Source of the DNA: Gemmatimonadales bacterium
GTDB taxonomy: Bacteria > Gemmatimonadota > Gemmatimonadetes > Gemmatimonadales > Gemmatimonadaceae
Assembly: GCA_038239265.1 (NCBI GenBank)
Contig: JBBSEY010000001.1
Location: 3,325-67,324, forward strand
Reading direction: 5' to 3'
DNA: 64,000 bases
The position numbers and the translations under genes were made by a program. The notes under the pieces were generated by a model. The model made no database searches. It was not told where the DNA came from and saw only the letters and a list, made by a program, of their open reading frames with translations. Shown here piece after piece: positions 18,908 to 27,537 of this stretch. Numbering within the stretch: position 1 is the first letter of the stretch; each line of letters starts with the position of its first letter.

Positions 18908-20697
18908 CGCTGTGGGCCGCGCGGGAGCTCGAGCGTGAACACCGCCCCCGTCCCTTCCGCGCTCGCCGCGGTGATGTCCCCCGCCATGCCGCGCGCGAGC
19001 TCGCGACTGATCGCGAGGCCAAGTCCCGTGCCGCCAGCGCCGCGCTTGAGCCCCGACTCCACCTGCACGAACGGCTCGAAGATCGTTTGCAGCTTGTCGG
19101 AGGGGATACCGCGCCCCGTATCGCGCACGCGAACCAGCACAGCAGCGTCGGTCGACTCGCAGTCCACGCTCACGCTCCCGCGATCGGTGAACTTGATCGC
19201 GTTCGAGATCAGATTGAGCATGATCTGCTCCATCTTCCCGCCATCGGCTCGCACGGTGATCGCCGGATCGATGTGGCGATACGAGTACGAAAGCCCCTTG
19301 CGCTCGAGCTGCGGCCCGACGAGCGCCTCGACTCCTTCGAGCAGTGCGTCGACCGGCACGTCGGCAAGATCGTACTCGACATGCCCCGCATCGATGCGCG
19401 CGAAGCTCAGCACGTCCTCGACCAGCCGCGCGAGCACCGCGTGGCTGCGCACGATCCGCTCGAGCGACGTGCGCTGCTTGTCCGTGATCGGCCCGTGAAG
19501 CCCCATCTCCATCAGCTGGGCGTAGCCGCTGATCGCGTTCAGCGGCGTGCGCAGCTCGTGACTCATCGCGGCGAGGAAGTCCGCCTTCGTCCTGTTCGCA
19601 CTCTCCGCCGCGTCGCGGGCGAGGTTCGCACTCTCCGCGCTGAACCGCAGCGCGTCGTTCGCCGCCTCGAGCTCCTCGCTCAGCGTCTGCGCCTCTTCCG
19701 TCTGCAGCTCCAACTCCGCCGCCTGCTCCTGCAGATACACGTTCAACGTCTCGAGCTCCTTTTGCTGCGCAACGAGGGTCCCGTTGAGCTCCGCCGTCAC
19801 CCGCTCACGATCCTCCGCCGTCCTCCTCGCGATCGCGAGCGTCGTCACATCGGTGATGATGACTGCGATCCCCTCGATCTCACCGGAAGGATTGCGGAGC
19901 GGCTGATAGACGAAATCGAAATAGCCATCCTGCGTGACGCCGTCGCCGTCCCTGTCGAGCTGTATCAGCATTTCCTCGGCGACGAACGGCGCTCCCGTCG
20001 TGAACGCCCTGTCGAGGGCGGGAAAGATTCCCTGCCCCTCGAGCTCGGGGAACGCTTCGCGCACGGTCTTTCCAATCAGCGAGCTCCGACCCACGATCGA
20101 GAGATAGCTCCTGTTCGCGGATTCGAAACGATGCTCGGCGCCGCGTAGCACTGCGACGCCCACCGGCGCGTCCGTGAACACGGTGCGCAGGCGATCCTGC
20201 GCCGTGCGCGCGGCAGCGAGCGCGGCGTCCTGCGCCCGCGTCGCAATGACCTCCTCGGTGACGTTCTCCACCGCGTGCAACACTGCGACCATTCCTTTAT
20301 CGGCACCGTGCACCGGTGCACTCGACATGCGCCAGTAGTGTTCCGCGTAGTCATCGCCACCCACCCCCGGCGGCAGGTCGTAGCGCTGAATCGCAAGCAC
20401 GATGCGCCCATTCATTGCCAGGGCTCCCTCGAACGACGAGCGCACGTTGTGCTTGCCGCGGCTGCTCTCGGTTCCATGGCTCTCGGGGAAAACCTCGAAG
20501 GTACCGTGGCCGATGAGTTTCTCGCGCCCCTGGCGCGTGATGCGGCAATACTCATCGCTCGCGGCGAGGATCGTCCAGCGAGGCGCGTCTGCGCGCACGA
20601 GGAGATACGCCGTGGGCGCCGCGGCGAAGATCGCGCGAAAGTCGACCTCAAGGGCGTCCGTCGCGGACGAACCGGCACTGCGTTCGCTCATCGGCAT
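18904..20697 (-). CDS. PAS-domain sensor histidine kinase (soluble, no adjacent response regulator)
   Basis: 597 aa with PAS-like repeats and a coiled coil. H-box SHELRTPLNAISGY, N-box LISNAIKFT, G-boxes DTGRGIP and GTGLGLAIS. No TM segment is visible. Confidence 0.9.
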   Translation of the reverse strand: MPMSERSAGSSATDALEVDFRAIFAAAPTAYLLVRADAPRWTILAASDEYCRITRQGREKLIGHGTFEVFPESHGTESSRGKHNVRSSFEGALAMNGRIVLAIQRYDLPPGVGGDDYAEHYWRMSSAPVHGADKGMVAVLHAVENVTEEVIATRAQDAALAAARTAQDRLRTVFTDAPVGVAVLRGAEHRFESANRSYLSIVGRSSLIGKTVREAFPELEGQGIFPALDRAFTTGAPFVAEEMLIQLDRDGDGVTQDGYFDFVYQPLRNPSGEIEGIAVIITDVTTLAIARRTAEDRERVTAELNGTLVAQQKELETLNVYLQEQAAELELQTEEAQTLSEELEAANDALRFSAESANLARDAAESANRTKADFLAAMSHELRTPLNAISGYAQLMEMGLHGPITDKQRTSLERIVRSHAVLARLVEDVLSFARIDAGHVEYDLADVPVDALLEGVEALVGPQLERKGLSYSYRHIDPAITVRADGGKMEQIMLNLISNAIKFTDRGSVSVDCESTDAAVLVRVRDTGRGIPSDKLQTIFEPFVQVESGLKRGAGGTGLGLAISRELARGMAGDITAASAEGTGAVFTLELPRGPQR

Positions 20698-20858
20698 GCT
20701 TTGATCGTTCTCACAATGCTTGTCGGATTTTCGAAAACGGAGGCGCGGTCATCCTTCCTCGAACGCGCAGTCAAACTTTAGCGCACGCGATGTGCCGTCG
20801 GGAGGCCGCTCACCTCACCGAGATTGCCGCGCTCGGCAGTTGAAGGCGCGTGGATCCG

Positions 20859-23057
20859 CTAGAACCGCGCGGACGTGTACAGGTCGGCGCGCAGCGCGTG
20901 ATTGGGATTGATCCCATGCGCGACGTCGAAGCGAATGAGGCCGTCCAGCGCTGAAATGCCCACCCCCGCTCCCGAGATCGGGCGCACCGACTTCGCGAAG
21001 CTCTCGCGGGCGCCCGCCCATCCGATATCGTAGAAGATCGTCGGACGAGCCCCGGCGAACGTCCATCCGATCTCCGCCCGACCGAGCCAATACGAATTCC
21101 CCGCCTGGGTGCCGGGCTCCTGCCCACGCACGGTCGCGACTCCTCCGAGGAACCACGCTCGCTGAATCGGCACGGTGCCGGCCGAGCTCCCAAGGCTCGC
21201 CGTGAGCGCACCGTCGAGCTTCGCGATGAGCGAGTGCGTCACCGTCGCTTCCGCGGAGGCGCGAGCGTAATCGAAAGTTCCGGTCGCGCCCTCCCCTCTC
21301 ACGTCCAGCGTGGCGCGCAACTTCTCCGGATCGAGCCCGACGGTCCGATGGAACTGCGCGCCGATGCCGAAGGCCGTTGCATCCTCCGCGCGGATGTTCG
21401 GATTGAAGCCGGCACCGCCGAGTGCATGCCAGAGCGACAGGTTCGTGTGTTTCGCCGCATCGTCCTGTCGTTCCGCAAAGAGCCGCCATGTGATCGCTCC
21501 AGTCCGCGGCGTCGTCGATGTGAGCTCGGCGCCCGCACTGCGGAAGTAGAATCCCTCGTCGTGCGCCCAGAGCAGCGACGAGATCGAGCTGCCGACGCTG
21601 AGCGGATCGCCCCAGTCGTTCGCCGCGTTGAGCCGGCGATAGACACCGAGCGAGTATGCACGATCGCCATTGCTGCGCATCGCATGCGCCTCGGCGTTGG
21701 GCTGCCAGTCCGCCACCCCCATGCGCGCGGACGCGTTGGCGGTGTAACCGCTGCCGAGCGTGCTCTCGACCAGCACTCCCGCGGACAGCGCCTCGACGCG
21801 ATTGTAGCGCAACATTCCCCGCTCGAGGCCGTAGTGGATCGTCGGATGCTGCGGATCCCACCCGGGCTGAAGACCGAAACCGAGTGCCTTCTGAAGCTCC
21901 TCCCGATCCTTCGTCCCGAAGAGCTCATCGCCGCGATCGTAGATCGACTTCGAGAACTCCTTCGAGTGCGTGAGGCTCGCAGTGTCGCAGGGAATGCGTA
22001 CGACGATCGGCAGCGCACCGCCGTAGCGTACGGAGCGATGCCTGATCGTGTCGCCGGGAGTGCAGTCGAGGAGCTCGCGATCACCTCCCTCGCCGCGACG
22101 CTTCTCGCGCTCCGCTCTCCGCTCCGCACGCGACAGCTGCACCGTGTCGCCCATCGCCTGGCGCCGCGCATCTTCGCGCATGCGATGCGTGGAGTCGCGC
22201 TCCGTCGCCGCGATCGAATCGCTCGCGGACGCGAAGATCGTCGGGAGCGCCTCGCTGCCGTTGACGGCGGCGTACCGGTAGCTCTGCTCCACCGAAAATG
22301 GGGCGCGCGTGAATCCGATGCGCATACGCCCTTCCACCGTCTCCAGACGCGGCAGCCACCAGCGCTGTTCGTGCAAATCGTATTCGACGGTGAGCGACGC
22401 GATGTCGAGCGACATTGGGAAGATGAGGGGCTTGACCGCCGCCGGAACATCCCCGAAGGCATCCGTCTCCGTCGCCTGCACGAACTTGACGATGTCCATG
22501 GGCAGCGACGGGCGATACACCGCGCGCACGAGCTGCGCCGTCTTCACATCGAACCAGAGCGATCCGACGATGAGATCGAAGCGCGGCTGGCGCGCCTCGA
22601 CCTTCACCTCGCGGAGGCGCCCCTTCGTGCCGTCCGGGAGAAGGAAGGACACCGAGTCGCCGCTCTGATACCTGTAGTACGCTTCCCCGCCGGTGGCGAG
22701 CGGGTTGATCAGGATCTGCTCGTTGTTCTCGGTGTCGCTCGACCGATTGACGCCGGCAATGCGAAGCAGGCTCTCGCGCCCCGGGTAGTAGGGAATCGCG
22801 TCGATGTGCAGCATGTCCGTCATCACATGCACACCCGGCGCGACCATCGGGAACGCGGAGCGCGCGCCCACCACGTCCACGACGGCGCCACGCCCGCGCT
22901 GCCACCGCACGTGCGACGCGGTCTCGTTGCGCAGAAAAAGCTTCTCGCGGCCGATGCTCCCTATCCCCAGCCCCACCGTCAGACGCTCGTGCGCCATCGC
23001 ATCGTACGCGAGGAGCGAGGAATCCTGCGAAAGTCGCGCGCTCCGAGCGTGGAGCAC
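20859..23057 (-). CDS. Omp85/BamA-family (bacterial surface antigen) outer-membrane barrel protein
   Basis: The C-terminal barrel region (GGVATVRGQEPG..., terminal ...LYTSARF ending in Phe) is typical of the family. The listed start is the first canonical start (GTG 23057). The true N-terminus probably lies upstream, up to about 23273 (see finding). Confidence 0.75.
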   Translation of the reverse strand: MLHARSARLSQDSSLLAYDAMAHERLTVGLGIGSIGREKLFLRNETASHVRWQRGRGAVVDVVGARSAFPMVAPGVHVMTDMLHIDAIPYYPGRESLLRIAGVNRSSDTENNEQILINPLATGGEAYYRYQSGDSVSFLLPDGTKGRLREVKVEARQPRFDLIVGSLWFDVKTAQLVRAVYRPSLPMDIVKFVQATETDAFGDVPAAVKPLIFPMSLDIASLTVEYDLHEQRWWLPRLETVEGRMRIGFTRAPFSVEQSYRYAAVNGSEALPTIFASASDSIAATERDSTHRMREDARRQAMGDTVQLSRAERRAEREKRRGEGGDRELLDCTPGDTIRHRSVRYGGALPIVVRIPCDTASLTHSKEFSKSIYDRGDELFGTKDREELQKALGFGLQPGWDPQHPTIHYGLERGMLRYNRVEALSAGVLVESTLGSGYTANASARMGVADWQPNAEAHAMRSNGDRAYSLGVYRRLNAANDWGDPLSVGSSISSLLWAHDEGFYFRSAGAELTSTTPRTGAITWRLFAERQDDAAKHTNLSLWHALGGAGFNPNIRAEDATAFGIGAQFHRTVGLDPEKLRATLDVRGEGATGTFDYARASAEATVTHSLIAKLDGALTASLGSSAGTVPIQRAWFLGGVATVRGQEPGTQAGNSYWLGRAEIGWTFAGARPTIFYDIGWAGARESFAKSVRPISGAGVGISALDGLIRFDVAHGINPNHALRADLYTSARF

Positions 23058-23360
23058 GATCTCGCGGGCGACGGGATCGCGGAATGCGCTCGCCTCGAGC
23101 TCGGGGGTCAGTGCGATCCTGCGGCGCTCGCGCCACTGCGCGAAGCGTGCGGAGTCTGCGTCGACTCGGGCCTCGATGCTGTCGCGCCGGCGCGCCGCGA
23201 GCCCCGTGTCGGGGCGAGCGGCGGGGGTGACGACGCCCTGAAGCGCGAGGAGGATCGGGAGCAGGGAGATAATAGGCGTTATCCGAAGGGGTCGTGGTCC
23301 CCACCCTACGGGAGCCGCAACGGCGGTGTTTCCGACGCTGCGGACATCGCAGGCCGCCTC

Positions 23361-24743
23361 CTACATCCCGGTCATCCCCTTCGCCGTGTGCATGCGGTCC
23401 GGGCGCAGCCTCAGGAATACCGCAGATCCCTTTGGGTATCGGGAGCCATAGGCGGCGGCCAGCGATTCCGGGACGACGTTGAGCGTCCCCAGAACCGACG
23501 CTCCGAGGGTGAGCCCGCGCGCCCGCACGATCTCGCGGCTGTAGCCGAGCGTGAAGGCGCCGACATCGAAGCGCGTGGTCTCGGATTGGTCGCCGAGCAC
23601 GAGATCCTGCGCGCTCTTCTGGGCGAACTCCGCGCGGCCGAACACTGTGTTCACACCGTCCAGGCTCAAGTCGCTTTCCACGAGCGCGCTATTGGAGAGC
23701 GGCACGTTCGCCACCTTGTTGGCCCCGTACACGAGCGAGGAGCTCCATTCCCCGCGCTCACCGAGGAGATGCGTGTTCATGACGGATGCGGAATAGCGAT
23801 GCAATGACTCGTCGGGGTGCAGCACCTCCGGACTCGCGAGGTACGCCGTCGACACGCTGTAGCTCCAATGAGTACTCGGATTGTAGAAGATGCGCGCGGC
23901 GAACGAGTCGAGCCTTCGAGTCTCGAAGTTGGTGCGGTGCTCGTCCGGCTCGCGGCCGTTGAAGATCGATCCCTCCACCTTCCACGTGCGGCTGAACATG
24001 CCGAGCGTGATGACGCCGAAGGTGATGTGGGTGGCGTCTTCCCAATGGTGACCCAGCGGTGCGAGAGGAAGGCTGGCTGCCGAGGCGCGATGCGGGAAGG
24101 CGACCGGGCCGATGGCCGGATCACCCACGGGCGCAACGTAGAGCGAGAGCGCGACCCTTTTCGTGATCTCGTGCTCGTACAGCGCGGCGGCCTCCATGAA
24201 CAGGTCGTGCGGATGCTGGCGATCGTGAAGTGCCCCGCCATGATAACTCTCGCCCGTCTGCAGCAGCAGCGGATACCCTTCCGAACCGACCGTCGCGGGC
24301 TCGGCGCTGAGCATGCCGTGGAGATGCAGCATGCCTCCCCACAGCGAGTGCATCGCCATCAACATCCCCCAATTGATCGAACCTACCTGTTCTGAACCAC
24401 GCGCGCCCAGCTGCTTGTCGTACTCGGCGTAGGCCACACCGTGAACCATCAGCGACCAGCCCGCTCGCAGGAAGTGCCAGCCATAGTGCGGCGCAGCCTC
24501 GGGCTGCCAGCTTGTACCCGAGCCGAGACGGGTATGCGGGATGCCGAAGACACCGGCCATGTGCATCTCGAGCTCGTCGCCACCCTTCGCGTGCGCGTTG
24601 GAGTCGGCCGTGGCATGATGCGCGGGCATCCCCTTCATGCCGGGCATGGTCGCCACCGTATCGGATGCCTGCGCGCGCGCCGCGAATGGAGCGAACGAAA
24701 CCGCAAGCACGAGCGCGGCAAAAATCGATCTTGAGTTTGTCAT
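23361..24743 (-). CDS. hypothetical outer-membrane beta-barrel protein with His/Met-rich N-terminal region
   Basis: Start at ATG 24743 (MTNSRSIFAALVLAVSFAPFAARAQA, signal peptide). The mature N-terminus is MPGMKGMPAHHATADSNAHAKGGDELEMHMAG. The remainder shows alternating amphipathic strands. No named family recognised. Confidence 0.7.
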   Translation of the reverse strand: MTNSRSIFAALVLAVSFAPFAARAQASDTVATMPGMKGMPAHHATADSNAHAKGGDELEMHMAGVFGIPHTRLGSGTSWQPEAAPHYGWHFLRAGWSLMVHGVAYAEYDKQLGARGSEQVGSINWGMLMAMHSLWGGMLHLHGMLSAEPATVGSEGYPLLLQTGESYHGGALHDRQHPHDLFMEAAALYEHEITKRVALSLYVAPVGDPAIGPVAFPHRASAASLPLAPLGHHWEDATHITFGVITLGMFSRTWKVEGSIFNGREPDEHRTNFETRRLDSFAARIFYNPSTHWSYSVSTAYLASPEVLHPDESLHRYSASVMNTHLLGERGEWSSSLVYGANKVANVPLSNSALVESDLSLDGVNTVFGRAEFAQKSAQDLVLGDQSETTRFDVGAFTLGYSREIVRARGLTLGASVLGTLNVVPESLAAAYGSRYPKGSAVFLRLRPDRMHTAKGMTGM

Positions 24744-24851
24744 CCTGAGCGAAGCAGAGGTCGCGTGCGCGCGACGCGGAGACGCTCTGTCCCCCGTGCA
24801 GCGCACTCTCGATTCCAGGGCATCAGCGCACAGACGCGCTGAAGCAGCGAC

Positions 24852-25217
24852 TCAGGCTCGCGGAGGGGGGAGCTCGGGGGCGGCGATCTCGGCGCGCGGC
24901 GGGCGCTCGGCGAGCGCAGACGCGACGACGACGTTGGGCGCGCGGCCATCGACCGACGTGCTGTGCACCACGAGCGGGGCCGTCGCGCACGACGCGAGCG
25001 CCGCGCAACACGGCACCTCGGCCGGGCGATCGGTGGTGCCTTCCTTGGTGTGCGTGGACGGAGGCGCGCACTCGGCGTGCGCTGCCGACGCCGCAGGGGC
25101 GTCACCGGCGCTCGCGCTGCAGGCCGCGGCGGTGCCCACGATGATGAAGTGCATCATCGCGAACAGCGTGTACAGAGCGAGCGGGCGGCGCAGCGTCATG
25201 ACACTGGAAGTTAGCAT
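24852..25217 (-). CDS. small secreted/membrane-anchored Cys- and His-containing protein
   Basis: 121 aa with an N-terminal hydrophobic segment ending VGTAAAC. Cys/His clusters follow: AHAECAPPSTH, VPCCAALASC. It lies 17 nt downstream of the preceding gene on the same strand. Coding status is uncertain. Confidence 0.45.
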   Translation of the reverse strand: MLTSSVMTLRRPLALYTLFAMMHFIIVGTAAACSASAGDAPAASAAHAECAPPSTHTKEGTTDRPAEVPCCAALASCATAPLVVHSTSVDGRAPNVVVASALAERPPRAEIAAPELPPPRA

Positions 25218-25234
25218 GGATCGCGCCCGCCGAC

Positions 25235-26286
25235 TCAGGGTGCGTGCGGGGACGCCGCCGCTGACTCCGCATATGCGCGCTCGACCTCGAGGCGCGTGGT
25301 CGCGAGCGTGGTTTTGAGTGCATCCCGAAGCTTCTTCACGGCCTTGCCACGAATATTGAAGAACCCTCCGCTGGGGAGGTCATCGAACTTCGAGCGCCGG
25401 ACGATCACGAGATACATCGCGCTCCTCCCCGATGCGGCCGGCGCATCGGCTGCAACTGAGAGGTCGAGCTGCGCCTCGAAGTAGTGAGAGGCGTAGAGGA
25501 GCTTGCTCGTCATCCAGCTCCCCTCCGGATGGGCGGGGGATGAGTAAATCGATCGTTCCACTATCTCCAGCGTCGGCTTGAGCCCGTTCATGCGACCGAG
25601 CGCCCACGAGATCCGCGACGATAGCGCGGGCGGCCTGGCAGAGCGCGGCGTTGCCAGCATCGACGCGAAGGGGGCAGCGTCGAGCCCTGCGATCATCGGT
25701 TCTGCCACGAGCGCAAGAAATGCGTCGCTGCTCTGCACCGATCGCTTCGTGTCGTCGTAGGTCACCGTTTCCTCGGCGCTGTCGGCACGATAGGCGTTGA
25801 CGTACGACACCAGCCACTCGCGCATGAGCGAGTCCGCGCGCGCAGCGGGCGCGGGTGATCCGGCGAGCGCCGTGCGGAACCTCTCCATCTCGCTCGCAGG
25901 GAGCTTGACATCGCACGCGAAGGGCCGGCATTTCTCGAGCGTCTTCGCGTCGGCGGGATCGAGCACGAGCGCCGCAACATCGTCGAGCTTCGCTGGCTCG
26001 CCGAACGATCCGGAGATCGACCGCGTGCCGCTCGACAGGAAGCTGGTGAGCGCGTGCACGCGCTCCATGTAGAATGCGCGCGGCACGGCCAGGCGCACCA
26101 CGCCGAGCGTTGCGATCTCCGTCTTGTCCGGCGCATCGAGCGTGATGGTGACGGCGTCTCCGCGCTCCACGGCCTCGACTTTTTCGCGTCGAGAATGGCG
26201 AGGCTCCCGGGAAGCGCCGCCGAGCCCTGCGCGATGAGCGCCGGCGTCGCGAACAGCGCCGCGATGCCCAACGTTCCGAGTCGCAT
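25235..26286 (-). pseudogene. secreted hypothetical protein, reading frame broken at an A5 run (frameshift, sequencing error or recoding)
   Basis: ATG 26286 opens MRLGTLGIAALFATPALIAQG (signal peptide) in one frame. The long conserved-looking body (25235-26170) lies in the -1 frame. The junction is at GCGAAAAAGTCG (T-run 26180-26184 on the + strand). Confidence 0.6.
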
Positions 26287-26311
26287 CGCGCCTTTCACGC
26301 CGCCTTTGCCG

Positions 26312-27292
<981 letters not shown>

Positions 27293-27537
27293 AGTAAGAG
27301 TTCCCAGGTTCGGAGTTGCCCGCTCGAGCTTGGCGGTGCCGGGAAGATGCACGAACTGGAACATTCTGTTGCAATCGCGGACATCGTTACCGGCACGATG
27401 CAAAGTCCTCTTGCGGTAGCTTCGGGGAGCATCGACATTCTTTGCAAAAGCTAATGGTGGGTGATCCTGGCGATCGCCCTATCTCCGGGGGGCGCACGTT
27501 GCTTCCGCTTCCGCATTCCGTAGCAGCTGAGGATCTC

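Noticed and set aside
21234-23807. 857-aa ORF on the + strand
   Set aside because: It is antisense to the Omp85-like and barrel genes. Its Arg/Ala/Gly-rich composition has no motifs, which is typical of a shadow ORF in GC-rich DNA. The opposite strand has clear family signatures.
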